A program made the translations under genes and the position numbers. From positions 1-54,196 of the IMG/VR virus record IMGVR_UViG_3300045741_000133: 54,196 nucleotides of DNA; one strand, written 5' to 3'. Positions 19,939 to 29,977 of the stretch are shown here, piece after piece. Positions within the stretch are counted from its first letter, which is position 1. Every line of letters begins with the position of its first letter. Below the pieces are notes generated by a model. The model was given only the letters and a program-made list of their open reading frames with translations. It was not told the origin of the DNA and ran no database searches. This stretch comes from a virus. Lineage: Duplodnaviria > Caudoviricetes.

Positions 19939-20538
19939 TCACTTACGCGCGCTAGCCGTTGGGTTCTCTAACTGAGCCAGAAGATATCCAGCCATGTTAA
20001 ATAGCGCGTTGACCTGCTTACCAGAAGTGATCTGGGTGGTTCCTTTGAACACTCCCTGGAAGTTGATAAACCACATACGGTTGAACTCGTCTAGCATAGA
20101 TGAGTTCTTGGTTATGAAGTACATGGCTTCTCGAAGGTCTTGGTTAAACTTAACTCTCGCGATGAATCCTGAGATGCCCGCTAGAGTGCTCTTTTGCTTA
20201 GGTGTAAGTCTTCGCTTGAAGGCGAAGTGAGTTCCGATAGCCTCTAGATCATCTCTAGAGTTGAAGTCGAGGCAGTTGACGTTCTGGTTGCAGAAGTCGA
20301 TGTGACGCTCGTTCGAGTCTTTCATGTTGGGGTTAACGGAGTTAAGTTGATCCTTGCGAACTCGCAAGAGCATCGACTTAGCTAGAGGATGCGACAAAAG
20401 TACGGTGTCTTGCTCGACCGTGTCTACGATGAAGGTATTCGAGGCTTGGTTGCCGAGATCTACCGTGACTATGCTTCCCTTTTGTGCGTCCACTTCAAGT
20501 CCTCTTAGGTTTAAGCTCGATTCTACTGAATTCTCCAA
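19939..20538 (-). CDS. Hypothetical protein
   Basis: Long ORF in operon; exact start uncertain. Confidence 0.65.
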   Translation of the reverse strand: MENSVESSLNLRGLEVDAQKGSIVTVDLGNQASNTFIVDTVEQDTVLLSHPLAKSMLLRVRKDQLNSVNPNMKDSNERHIDFCNQNVNCLDFNSRDDLEAIGTHFAFKRRLTPKQKSTLAGISGFIARVKFNQDLREAMYFITKNSSMLDEFNRMWFINFQGVFKGTTQITSGKQVNALFNMAGYLLAQLENPTASARK

Positions 20539-20950
20539 GAGATGTAACTGAGAGATCTAGATCAAGCATCGCGACCGACGCGTCGAAGTCCGCATAAAAC
20601 CCCTTGACGTACACTTCCTTGATCCCTGCTTGGTAAAGCATGCGAACGCACCTTATGCAGGGCGAGATAGTGCAGTACAAGACGCAGTTGTTGGTAGAGA
20701 TGCCGTGACGAACCGCGTTACAAAGTAGGTTAGTCTCGGCGTGGATGATGTAGTCGTACTTCTCTGGTCGAGTATTCGGGAGCTTATCGTCTGGAGCTCC
20801 TCGGATGAACCCGTTGTACCCCTCCGCGATAACTGCACCTGACTCTCCGTGGATAAGAAGCGCACCTACCTTCGTCGAGGAGTCTGGTGAGGCGCTAGCC
20901 GTAGCAAGCGCCCTAAGGTGGTAGTAGTTAAGCTTCTTCTCTGAAATCAT
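20495..20950 (-). CDS. dCMP deaminase
   Basis: GYNG, HAETN and SPCIRC zinc-deaminase motifs; ATG overlaps the RNR stop. Confidence 0.92.
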   Translation of the reverse strand: MISEKKLNYYHLRALATASASPDSSTKVGALLIHGESGAVIAEGYNGFIRGAPDDKLPNTRPEKYDYIIHAETNLLCNAVRHGISTNNCVLYCTISPCIRCVRMLYQAGIKEVYVKGFYADFDASVAMLDLDLSVTSLGEFSRIELKPKRT

Positions 20951-22803
20951 CGAATCTCGCAAACTCCACCGGCACACGCTAGCTGCTCAGCCATATTAGT
21001 GTTGTCGTCAGTCTCCATGACTTGAGTTAAGTCGATGTTCTTGACGAGCTTATCATACCGGTTAAAGGTGTCCTCGTCGCAAGATTCAAACGGAGCCTGT
21101 TGATAGCTTCCGCCGTCGAACGGAAGCAAGCTGATGCCTGAGTAAGACATCCGGTGCTCCCACATTGCTTTAGCTAAGCCTTCTACTTCTACTTCTTCGG
21201 GCTTGTAGTTGATAGTGCACGACACGTTGTGGTAGTCGTTGCCCGAGCGGTGACCTGGCTTTACCCAGTTGTCATTGTAGAACAAGACTCGCTGGAACAG
21301 CTGAAGCGCAGTCTCTTCTCCGCGGATGATAGAACCTTCGGGAGACTCTTGCGGAATCGTGACCACGATGTCGCGGTCGTTCGAGATATCGTCCTCTACG
21401 AGCTCTGGGATGACGAGCTTAAAGTACTTGGCGATAGGCTCTGACTTACCTACCCGGATGCGGCGGAGGTAGAACCGGTCGTGCCTAGCGTGGATCCCTG
21501 ATGAAGATCCTAGAACGCATGAGGCAGTTCCTTCTGGTTTGATGGCGGTAGCTCTAGCCGCTTGGTTGATCCCTAAGATCTTAGAGTACTTCTCGTTGAC
21601 CTCTAGAACTAGAGCCGCGGCTTTTCTGAGCTGATCTCCAGTCATAGAAGGAGCATCCGCTATACCGGTGAAAGAGCACCCGAGCAGAGCTTCGGCCTCG
21701 GTAACCTGCTTCCACTTCTCACCTAGATAGTGGAAGTCAGTGTAAGACGCTTGCAGGGTTCCAAGAAGAGCTGCGGCGTATATCCGGTTCATGAAGTCCT
21801 TCTCAGACTTGATGCCAGTCATGTTCGTAGTAGTTAAGTTGCAGAACTGGTGCGAGTTGAGGGCGATCTCGGCGCACGGGTTCTTTCCCATGTCAAGGTC
21901 GTCCGTCCAAATGAAGCCAGGTTCTCCGGAGTTAGACTTGATGCACGCGTCGAAGACGTTCATGAACTCGTCGTGCGTAGTCTCAGACCTCAGCAGGAGC
22001 GCGCTGTTGTTGGCTCTAGCGCGATAAACGGCCTTAGTCCACCACTCTCCGTGCTTGCAGGTCAGCATCAGCTGATCATCTCGGTCGAACAACGAGATCA
22101 GCGCTGCGCGGCGGATACCACCAGATAGAACGCAGTCCGCGAGCATGCAGATCACATCATGAGCTTCTAGGGAGGTCAGCTGGCGCCCGATCGCGGTCTT
22201 GAGCTTCGACTCTACTAGCGCGAGAGCTAGTCGAAGCGGCTCTGGACCCGGAGCTTTCGATCCGGTCGTAGCTAGGTAGGTTCCTTTCGGCGAGATCTGA
22301 GAGAAGTCAAAGATCGGACGAATAGCGCCGTAAAAGTACGCGTTCGCTAAGGCGTCCGCGGCGTCTGCCCATCCCTCGATCGAGTCGTGGATGACATGAG
22401 TGTTCTCGCGCCTTGGTTGGCGAATCTTAGGAAGATCCTTCAGGTGACGCTTCTGGACTGAGAAGCCGACGCCCGCGCCGCACAGCAGCAAGTAGAAGAT
22501 CTCCGCGAATACGCGCGTGTACTTGACGTGCACGAACGAGCAGTTGTAGATTCGAGTGTTGTTCTTCATGATGGCGTCGCCGCCAAACTGGAGCGAGCGC
22601 ATAGAAGGCATGACCTTAAGATCATGAACCTGCTTATACGCCTTGATGATGTCTCTAGACAGCTTCGGAAACTTATCCAGGTGCATGGTCATGTTGCGGT
22701 TGATGCTCTCATCGAGAGACTCTCGGCGCGATCGGTGTGGAAGATACTTTGAGTATGTTTTGAATGTGACTAGATCTGACAGAAGCTTGTTCGACTTGTT
22801 CAC
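20947..22803 (-). CDS. nrdJ: Class II (adenosylcobalamin-dependent) ribonucleotide reductase
   Basis: YNCSF, NPCAEI, FCNLT, IKPEGT, C-terminal CAGGVC; no beta-subunit gene in the window. Confidence 0.9.
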   Translation of the reverse strand: MNKSNKLLSDLVTFKTYSKYLPHRSRRESLDESINRNMTMHLDKFPKLSRDIIKAYKQVHDLKVMPSMRSLQFGGDAIMKNNTRIYNCSFVHVKYTRVFAEIFYLLLCGAGVGFSVQKRHLKDLPKIRQPRRENTHVIHDSIEGWADAADALANAYFYGAIRPIFDFSQISPKGTYLATTGSKAPGPEPLRLALALVESKLKTAIGRQLTSLEAHDVICMLADCVLSGGIRRAALISLFDRDDQLMLTCKHGEWWTKAVYRARANNSALLLRSETTHDEFMNVFDACIKSNSGEPGFIWTDDLDMGKNPCAEIALNSHQFCNLTTTNMTGIKSEKDFMNRIYAAALLGTLQASYTDFHYLGEKWKQVTEAEALLGCSFTGIADAPSMTGDQLRKAAALVLEVNEKYSKILGINQAARATAIKPEGTASCVLGSSSGIHARHDRFYLRRIRVGKSEPIAKYFKLVIPELVEDDISNDRDIVVTIPQESPEGSIIRGEETALQLFQRVLFYNDNWVKPGHRSGNDYHNVSCTINYKPEEVEVEGLAKAMWEHRMSYSGISLLPFDGGSYQQAPFESCDEDTFNRYDKLVKNIDLTQVMETDDNTNMAEQLACAGGVCEIR

Positions 22804-22854
22804 TCACTCTCCTATTCTGTGTTGATTTACCTCATGGTATCGACTTTTAGTCTT

Positions 22855-22905
22855 AAAAGAAAACGCCTCGTGCGACTTTCAGGGGGAGGGATCATCGCAC
22901 GAGGC
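22855..22905 (-). terminator. Rho-independent terminator after the chaperonin
   Basis: 11-bp stem GCCTCGTGCGA/TCGCACGAGGC followed on the - strand by GTTTTCTTTT. Confidence 0.75.
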
Positions 22906-22982
22906 TAGAAAGGTGGTGTCTGCTAGAATTGCGGCACGACCGCCTTACGGGTATCGTACCGCGACGCGATGGCCGCAGTACA

Positions 22983-24605
22983 TCATTTTGGATTAACGTA
23001 GACGATGGCTCCGCCAGCGGTGGACAGCAGCCCCGCGATGGAGACCGCGTTCTCGAGAGCGGTCCTCGTGACCTTGACGGGATCGATGATCCCTGCGGTG
23101 AGGGCTCGAACGACCTCGCGGTTGCGCGCGTCGTAGACGAGTGACTTACCTTGTTGAACTCGAACCGCGCACTCGGCGGCTTGACTCTCTGTGTAGCCGA
23201 TGTTCTCGAGGATCTGAAAGAACGGTGCTTGGAGAGCTTGGCGAAGGATCTGGTGACCGACTGACTTTCCTGGGATGCTCCTAGCGATGCGAAGTAGAGT
23301 CGAACCTCCGCCGGGGATGACGCCTTCCTGGAGAGCCGCGCGAGCCGCGTTAAGCGCGTCCTCGATACGGTCGTACTTCTCCTTGATCTCGAACTCAGTG
23401 ACTCCACCCACACCAATCTTGGCGATGCCCGAGGTCAGGGCAGCGATTCGGTCGTTTAAGACCTGAGCGTCGTACGGCGACTCGGCTCGCTCCTTAGCGG
23501 CCTTGAGCTGGTCAACGCGCTCGAGGATGTCGTCCTCAACGCCTTGACCGTCGTAAAGTGTAGTCTTGTACTTGTCAACGACCACCCGGCTGACGAGCCC
23601 GATGTCCGCCTCCTCGATCGACTCGAGGTTGCGGGCGCCGTTCCCGAGGCGGGTGCCTCCGGAGTAAGCCGCGAGGTCGTCGTAGTATCCTGTACGGACA
23701 TGGGTGGTGTGAGGTCCGGTGACCGGAACCACTACCATACCAGCTTGGTCCTTCTGGATGAGGAGAAACTGGAGAACCTCCGGAGAGAACTCGTTCGCGA
23801 GGATCATGATCGGAGGCATCTTCTTGGTGGGTTGCTCGGTTCCTGGCTCCACACCTGCGAGTATGCGGAACGCCGGGATCAGCTGGGTGTAGCTGATGAG
23901 TCTTCCGTCGTACACGATGAGAGCTACGTCCTGAGCCTCGAACTGGGTGTTCTCACGGTTGTTAAAGAAAGCATTTCGCCCCTCAGCTCCCCGCTGGAAC
24001 TGGTAGCCGTCGACCTTGTCTAGGGTGACTCGGTTGGTGTGACCCTCGTCGACGGTGACTACACCCTCAGCTCCTACGTGGTCGAAGGCGGCAGATATGA
24101 TGCTGCCGATCTCCTCGTCCCCGTTGGCTGAGATCGTGGCTACCTGGTGGATCATCTTGGTGGACTTGACCGGGATCGCGAGCTTCTTGAGCGCCTTGGC
24201 CACGTCCTTAGCGGCGACCTCGATCGACTCCTTGACGAGCTGCGGGTTCAGGGAGGAGTTTTCAGCGAGGACCTTCTCGGTCTCCTTGACGATCGCCTCT
24301 CCTAGGACGATGGCGGTGGTGGTTCCGTCGCCAGCTACCGTGACCGTCTTTCGGCATATACCCTTGACGGCTTGGATGACGATGTCCTCTTCCTCGTTGG
24401 GCGAGGAGCACTCGTCCGCTACGGACACGCCGTCCTTCGTGATCTTGGGTCCGAGGGGCGTTCCCTCTAAGGTTTGTCCTAGTCGACCGAGGATGATGGG
24501 AAGTCCACCAGGTCCTAGAGTTCTCTTAACGATACCCGCGATCTGAGAGAGTCCAGCCAGCTTCGGCTTCATGAGCTCTTCTCGTGTGACGATCTTCTTC
24601 TGCAC
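22983..24605 (-). CDS. groEL: Phage GroEL-like chaperonin
   Basis: TLGPGG, ITKDGVSVA, AGDGTTT, ATISAN, EDALNAARAA, GVIPGGG, IIDPVKV; no GGM tail. Confidence 0.93.
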   Translation of the reverse strand: MQKKIVTREELMKPKLAGLSQIAGIVKRTLGPGGLPIILGRLGQTLEGTPLGPKITKDGVSVADECSSPNEEEDIVIQAVKGICRKTVTVAGDGTTTAIVLGEAIVKETEKVLAENSSLNPQLVKESIEVAAKDVAKALKKLAIPVKSTKMIHQVATISANGDEEIGSIISAAFDHVGAEGVVTVDEGHTNRVTLDKVDGYQFQRGAEGRNAFFNNRENTQFEAQDVALIVYDGRLISYTQLIPAFRILAGVEPGTEQPTKKMPPIMILANEFSPEVLQFLLIQKDQAGMVVVPVTGPHTTHVRTGYYDDLAAYSGGTRLGNGARNLESIEEADIGLVSRVVVDKYKTTLYDGQGVEDDILERVDQLKAAKERAESPYDAQVLNDRIAALTSGIAKIGVGGVTEFEIKEKYDRIEDALNAARAALQEGVIPGGGSTLLRIARSIPGKSVGHQILRQALQAPFFQILENIGYTESQAAECAVRVQQGKSLVYDARNREVVRALTAGIIDPVKVTRTALENAVSIAGLLSTAGGAIVYVNPK

Positions 24606-24684
24606 GCAATCCTCCGGATTCTAGATTGACATATAGTAGCTGGAAACCAGCGCGGCGTCCACCTCGGCGAAAAGTCAAGTCGGA

Positions 24685-24910
24685 TAAGAATTGAATTATA
24701 GTTTTCTTATTGTGTATTTAGTTACAAGTAGCATGTAACGAGTAACAAGTTGTGAGGTTGTTTTGAAGATAGTTGTTTGTGTGGGTGTTTATCAGTGGAT
24801 ATGTTTCAAGTAATATGTAATCAGTATTTTATTCTATAGCCGGACGAAAATGCTGGTAAACCAAAATGTTCCGCCGGCGCAAACTTTTTTCACGAAAAGT
24901 AAAGTTTTAG
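24685..24910. other. AT-rich, G+T-skewed non-coding region at the divergent strand switch (candidate origin or promoter region)
   Basis: Visibly AT-rich and C-poor on the + strand; genes diverge on both sides. Confidence 0.5.
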
Positions 24911-24946
24911 TTCACAGACTTGGCTTTTGGCGGAGAAAATGCTCTG

Positions 24947-26398
24947 ATGAGAGTAACTATCGACAATTCTTTCTCGTACGTTGAGGGTCAGATCACAGCT
25001 CACGCAGAGTCGCTGCTCAAGCAGGTCATGACCTACAAGAACGACATCGAGGCTGAGAAGGGCCAGCTCTTCTACCAGATGAAGATGGCGAGAAAGTACG
25101 GTAACGACAAGCAGTTCTACGCCTGTAAAGCTAGGATCAAGCACCTAGAAGACAATGAGTTCGTCTGCCTCTACAAGGATAGAAAGTTTCCGACAGGACT
25201 TCTCAACCTAGCTCTCGAGTCCTTGAAGGCGCTGAACGTCGCGTTCGAGATCAACGACCTCAGGAAGTCTCCAGGTGAGACAGTCATGCTTCGCTGGAAC
25301 AACGAGCCCTGGGAGCCCAGGTACTACCAAAAGGAGATGATCGAGCTAGGTCTCAAAGCTGGACGTGGGGTGTTCGAGGCCGCAGTTGGAAGCGGTAAGT
25401 CGCTGGTGATGGCGTACCTAGTCAAGGAGCTATCATGCCGATCTCTCGTCATCGTGCCATCGCGGGGGTTGAGCGGTCAGCTGTTCAACGATTTCTCGAG
25501 CTGGTTCGGCTCCCAGAACGTAGATCTGCTAGACGCACAAAAGATTCGCAAGATCAAGCGCCCTAAAGCGATAAGCATCGTAACGGTGCAGTCTCTGGGG
25601 TCTCTAGTTAAGTCTGGTGAGTTCGCTGAGTTCGCCAAGTGGATAGACGCAGTCTTCGTGGACGAGGTGCATCATGCTGGGGCGCTCACGTACACGTCGC
25701 TCCTCAAGGACCTAGAGCACGTATATTATAGATATGGGTTCTCTGGCACGTTCCTCAGAAACGACTCGAAGACGCTCGAGATGTGGTCGTTCTTGTCGAA
25801 TGTGCTGTACCAGTTCCCAGCTTGGCGCGCCATCCAAGAAGGCTTCCTGACACCCGTGCAGGTTCTGATGCATGGCATGAACGGCAGAGCTAGCCAGAAG
25901 TACCCGACCGAGTACGACAACCACTACTGCAAGAACCCAGCTCTATTGGAGCGGGTGGGCGAGATCGTCACTAAGTTCGACTCGGAGCAGATCTTGATCC
26001 TAGTGAACAAGAAGGATAAGTGCGGTCTAGTGATCCACGAGTTCTTGAACTCGATCGGGGTTGACAACGCCTACATCTCGGGAGACAATGACAAGGATGA
26101 GATCAACGGAACCATTCGACGATTTAATGAGAAAGCTATCAGAGTGCTCATCGGAAGTTCAGTCGTCGGTGAAGGTATCGACGTCCGATCTACGGATCAC
26201 CTTGTCATGTGCCAAGGCGGAAAGTCTGAGATTGTCATGGTCCAAGCTGCAGGTCGAGTCCTTCGGTTGTTCGAGGGAAAGTCTCAAGCATACATCCATG
26301 ATTTTAGATTTAAGAACACCAGATACATGGAGAAGCACGCGTTAGAGCGCGCTGAGATATACTCACGTAACTTACAATGCCCGATAACGGAGATCTGA
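24947..26398 (+). CDS. Superfamily II helicase (UvsW-like)
   Basis: PRYYQ, GSGKS, DEVH, SGT, GEGIDV, QAAGRVLR. Confidence 0.92.
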   Translation: MRVTIDNSFSYVEGQITAHAESLLKQVMTYKNDIEAEKGQLFYQMKMARKYGNDKQFYACKARIKHLEDNEFVCLYKDRKFPTGLLNLALESLKALNVAFEINDLRKSPGETVMLRWNNEPWEPRYYQKEMIELGLKAGRGVFEAAVGSGKSLVMAYLVKELSCRSLVIVPSRGLSGQLFNDFSSWFGSQNVDLLDAQKIRKIKRPKAISIVTVQSLGSLVKSGEFAEFAKWIDAVFVDEVHHAGALTYTSLLKDLEHVYYRYGFSGTFLRNDSKTLEMWSFLSNVLYQFPAWRAIQEGFLTPVQVLMHGMNGRASQKYPTEYDNHYCKNPALLERVGEIVTKFDSEQILILVNKKDKCGLVIHEFLNSIGVDNAYISGDNDKDEINGTIRRFNEKAIRVLIGSSVVGEGIDVRSTDHLVMCQGGKSEIVMVQAAGRVLRLFEGKSQAYIHDFRFKNTRYMEKHALERAEIYSRNLQCPITEI

Positions 26399-26409
26399 GG
26401 TAGGTAAAG

Positions 26410-26649
26410 TTGAAGAGCAGGACCTTTCCGAAAGAGAACCAGAAGAAGCTAAACGAGACCATCCGAGACCTGAAAGCGCTGTTGCGTCAACGTGATCGGG
26501 AGATATCTTTCTTGCGCCGAGAGCTAGAAAACCTGGTAAAACCCGTAAGAGATCGAAAGCCTCACATAGATCGCTCTAAGCTAGAGCTGGAGGAGTGGCG
26601 AAAGGACTTCATTCGCCGATGGCGCAAAGAAGTTCAAGGGAAGGAATAG
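26410..26649 (+). CDS. Hypothetical coiled-coil protein
   Basis: In operon with RBS. Confidence 0.55.
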   Translation: MKSRTFPKENQKKLNETIRDLKALLRQRDREISFLRRELENLVKPVRDRKPHIDRSKLELEEWRKDFIRRWRKEVQGKE

Positions 26650-27144
26650 ATGCCTAAGAAGATAGTGTACATAGACATGGACAACACGGTCGCTGACTTC
26701 TACAAGTCGGCCCGCCATGAGAAAGACTCCCACGTCGAAGAGTATAAGATGTGGAATCGTCACTTCTTCCTGGATCTCGAGCCCATCCCCGGCGCCCAGG
26801 GCGCGATCTTCAACCTCGAGCGAATGGGCTTCGACGTTTACATCCTCACGCAACCCCTGGTTGGTTGCCCAGAATCATACACTGACAAAGTTCTATGGGT
26901 TCAGCGCTACATGCCGACGCTGGCGTCGAAGATAGTCATGACCCAGAACAAGGGTCTTAACATCGGAGACTACTTGATCGATGATAACGCCGCCGAGTGG
27001 AAAGAGAAGTTCGAGCGCAACGGTGGAACATTCATCTACTACCCGTACAACAAGCACACTAATTATGACCTCACCGAAGAAGGTCATATCCGTGAGTGGG
27101 CGCGCATAGTAGAATACTTCAAAGGAATTGATCCCAACAAATAG
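26650..27144 (+). CDS. HAD-family 5'(3')-deoxyribonucleotidase
   Basis: DMDNTVADF, GDYLIDD. Confidence 0.88.
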   Translation: MPKKIVYIDMDNTVADFYKSARHEKDSHVEEYKMWNRHFFLDLEPIPGAQGAIFNLERMGFDVYILTQPLVGCPESYTDKVLWVQRYMPTLASKIVMTQNKGLNIGDYLIDDNAAEWKEKFERNGGTFIYYPYNKHTNYDLTEEGHIREWARIVEYFKGIDPNK

Positions 27145-27157
27145 ACAGGGGGGACGA

Positions 27158-28030
27158 ATGATCTCAGCTGAGATTGTCGCCGATTCGCAAGCTCCGTCCG
27201 GAGCTAGACTCACTACTTTCATCCTCAAGTACCCAAGATTCATCCACTCAGAGTTCATGACCCACCGGGTGCTCTCCAGGAACGCGTCAAGCTCTAGAGC
27301 TATTCCGATCTCTAAGATGATCGAAGCTATCCAGAAGGAGCCAGCGGCTCCGCTCGCGTTCACGAAGAACTGTCGCGGCATGCAAGCCAAGGACACCATA
27401 GAGAACCAAGATGAGGCGATGAGGATCTGGCTAGAAGCTAGAGATGCCATGGTCAGCTTCACCCAAAAGCTGTCTGATCTTGGAGTCCACAAGCAACACG
27501 CGAACCGGTTGCTTGAGCCGTTTCAGCACATCACCGTCATCGCGTCCGCTACGGACTGGGCCAACTTCTTCGCGCTCAGATACCACCCAGACGCTCAGCC
27601 CGAGTTCGTCGAGCTAGCCAAGCAGATGTGGGACAAGTTCAACAACGCGACGCCTATGGATCTCGGCGGTGGCGAGTGGCACCTGCCGCTGGTAACCGTC
27701 GAGGAGTACCAGGCGCTACGCTTGGCTAGCGTGCTGCCGAACACTAAGGGAGAGTACTTTAAGCTGCTGAACAAGCTGATCACCCAATCGGTCGCTAGGT
27801 GCGCGAGGGTGTCATACAACACGCTCGACGGCACCGCCAACTCGTACGAGAAGGACCTGGAGCTGTTCCAGAGGCTAGTCGGAAGCGCCCCGATCCACGC
27901 GTCACCTACCGAGCACCAGGCTATGGCTTCGCTCGACTCAACTTTGCGATCGGGCAACTTTAGGGGCTGGAGTCAGTACCGCAAAACACTTAGCAACGAG
28001 AACATCTTAGAATTCACCGGACCCAAGTAA
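27158..28030 (+). CDS. thyX: FAD-dependent thymidylate synthase
   Basis: SEFMTHRVLSRNASSSR, HKQHANRLLEPF, ARCARVSY, HASPTEH. Confidence 0.92.
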   Translation: MISAEIVADSQAPSGARLTTFILKYPRFIHSEFMTHRVLSRNASSSRAIPISKMIEAIQKEPAAPLAFTKNCRGMQAKDTIENQDEAMRIWLEARDAMVSFTQKLSDLGVHKQHANRLLEPFQHITVIASATDWANFFALRYHPDAQPEFVELAKQMWDKFNNATPMDLGGGEWHLPLVTVEEYQALRLASVLPNTKGEYFKLLNKLITQSVARCARVSYNTLDGTANSYEKDLELFQRLVGSAPIHASPTEHQAMASLDSTLRSGNFRGWSQYRKTLSNENILEFTGPK

Positions 28031-28043
28031 AGCGCAGTACAAT

Positions 28044-28571
28044 ATGACCATGATCACTGATATGTACCAAGAGTATCTATTCGTCATCGGTAAGCTTAAG
28101 GATCAGTTTAAGCTAGACCTAGAGGTGTCACACCGCGAGGTGCACACCTTCTTCAAGGACAAGCGACCGATCTTTAAGCTGCTGTACGGCACCTTCGAGA
28201 AGGAGGCGAGTCCGGTCATCGTCGTATCGTTCCACATCGACTTGACTCACTCCGAGGCCATTATGTGGTTCGTCGACCTGTACAAGATTCACCCGCTGAT
28301 CAGACTTCACGACTCTTGGATCGAGGACTCTAATGGTGAGACTTACCTAGGCGAGGATGCGGATGCTATAAAGCATGTGTTTACCACCCAAGAGATCTTG
28401 AGCGACTGGCTAGACAACCACGACGAGGAAGATACTCGAGAGTTCGTTAACGCCAAGGTCGTAGGTCGCGATCGACAGCTTAAGCCGTTTGACTCACTTA
28501 ACCAGAAGGCCCAAGCCATACAAGAATTCGTGCGCATCAAGAAGCCTGATGACGGGGAGAGCGTGCATTGA
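28044..28571 (+). CDS. Hypothetical protein
   Basis: ORF in operon. Confidence 0.6.
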   Translation: MTMITDMYQEYLFVIGKLKDQFKLDLEVSHREVHTFFKDKRPIFKLLYGTFEKEASPVIVVSFHIDLTHSEAIMWFVDLYKIHPLIRLHDSWIEDSNGETYLGEDADAIKHVFTTQEILSDWLDNHDEEDTREFVNAKVVGRDRQLKPFDSLNQKAQAIQEFVRIKKPDDGESVH

Positions 28572-28774
28572 GACGTTCTAAGCTTAAACCCACCACCGAA
28601 GAGACCTTCGCGGTTGGAAAACTAGAGGGTGAGCGAGAAGTTCTTCTCGAGATGCAGGAGTACTTAGATTGCAACTTCACTGTTGAGCAACTTCGCGCTA
28701 TAGTAAAGTCGCGCATCAAGATCCTGATGGCTAGACAGCTCAACGATCCCTTTAAGACCAAGGAGAAGCGGTGA
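28568..28774 (+). CDS. Hypothetical protein
   Basis: Translationally coupled (4-nt overlaps). Confidence 0.55.
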   Translation: MRRSKLKPTTEETFAVGKLEGEREVLLEMQEYLDCNFTVEQLRAIVKSRIKILMARQLNDPFKTKEKR

Positions 28775-28983
28775 CCTACAAGATTCGTCTAGACGACCTT
28801 AAGAAGGCAGTTCAATGGGTTGAAGCCAACTCTCGCGACGTCATGGTTCGGATAGAGCAGCACTACGACGGGCGCAACATCGTCATCAAGTGCGTCGACA
28901 AGTACGAAGCCACAGTAGAGATCAAGCTGTTCAACGACGGTGCTATGAACGTTAAGATCATTAAAGAGGAAGATCTAAAGTGA
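28771..28983 (+). CDS. Hypothetical protein
   Basis: AAGGAG RBS, coupled. Confidence 0.6.
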   Translation: MTYKIRLDDLKKAVQWVEANSRDVMVRIEQHYDGRNIVIKCVDKYEATVEIKLFNDGAMNVKIIKEEDLK

Positions 28984-29372
28984 AGTTCGAGGATCTTACG
29001 CCGTGGGACATCCACATGATAAAGGATCGCGGTGTATGGTTGCTGGCCAACACTAGACTCGACAATCGCTACATAGCGATACTCTCCGTAACGATAGACT
29101 GCATCGAAGCTAAGGGGTACGATCTTAGCTCTAAGCCTAAAAATCTACAAGACGTATTCGTCTCTAAGTACGACGAAGGATCCGGCTACCGTTCTAGCTC
29201 TGGATCTAGAACGACGTTCTCGGCTACCGAGCTCATCTCTAAGGTGTTTGACTTGTTGGCAGAGCAGAACATCGAACTCGTCAAGTCTCAGAGAGAACCT
29301 ACGTGGACTCAGCCCCGGGAGTCTTGGTATATTAAGGCCGATAGCCAAATCAAGAAGCCATGGATGTACTGA
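28980..29372 (+). CDS. Hypothetical protein
   Basis: Coupled ORF. Confidence 0.55.
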   Translation: MKFEDLTPWDIHMIKDRGVWLLANTRLDNRYIAILSVTIDCIEAKGYDLSSKPKNLQDVFVSKYDEGSGYRSSSGSRTTFSATELISKVFDLLAEQNIELVKSQREPTWTQPRESWYIKADSQIKKPWMY

Positions 29373-29977
29373 TGCAAGATTTAATGATCGACTTCGAGAC
29401 CCTCGGACAAGACCCCAGCACGACCGTCATCTCTATCGGAGCTTGCTTCTTCAACGAAGATACAGGCGAGATCGGACCCACGTTCTACATGGCGTTCGAC
29501 GTTGACGAGCAGATCCGTAAGGGTCGAACCATCACTGGCGACACTTTGAAGTGGTGGATGGGTCAGTCTAACGCTGCCAAGAAAGTGTTCAACGAGAAGG
29601 CGAAACCAGCCAAGGAAGTCCTGACGCTCTTCAGTCAGTGGGTATTGTCTCAAAACACTATTTCCAAGATCAGACCTTGGGGAAACGGGAGCACCTTTGA
29701 CATCTCTATTATTGAGGATATGTTTAGGATGTATGACGTTAAGTGTCCTTGGCTTTACTATAATGTTTTCGATCTTCGCACGTTTCGCAGATATGTGGCT
29801 AACGGCGCAAAGGTGGACAAGTCGTCGGGCGTAGACCACAACGCTTTAGACGACGCTAAGAACCAGGCTAAGTTCGTCATCGAGCATAAGAAGTTCTTCA
29901 ACGAGATGCTGAGCGCGTTCGCTCAGATCGCGCAAGCGAAACCAGCGGAAGGAACCAATGCGCCAGTTCAAGGATAA
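29360..29977 (+). CDS. DEDDh 3'-5' exonuclease (Exo VIII/RNase AS-like)
   Basis: MIDFETLG, WGNGSTFDI, HNALDDA. Confidence 0.88.
   Translation: MDVLMQDLMIDFETLGQDPSTTVISIGACFFNEDTGEIGPTFYMAFDVDEQIRKGRTITGDTLKWWMGQSNAAKKVFNEKAKPAKEVLTLFSQWVLSQNTISKIRPWGNGSTFDISIIEDMFRMYDVKCPWLYYNVFDLRTFRRYVANGAKVDKSSGVDHNALDDAKNQAKFVIEHKKFFNEMLSAFAQIAQAKPAEGTNAPVQG

Noticed and set aside
12431-22803. Inteins or introns in the polymerase, helicase or RNR
   Set aside because: ORFs are continuous and the insertions lack C...HN intein ends or LAGLIDADG motifs.
24606-24690. Sigma32 promoter or CIRCE element before the chaperonin
   Set aside because: CTTGAC is present but there is no CCCCAT -10 box and no CIRCE inverted repeat.
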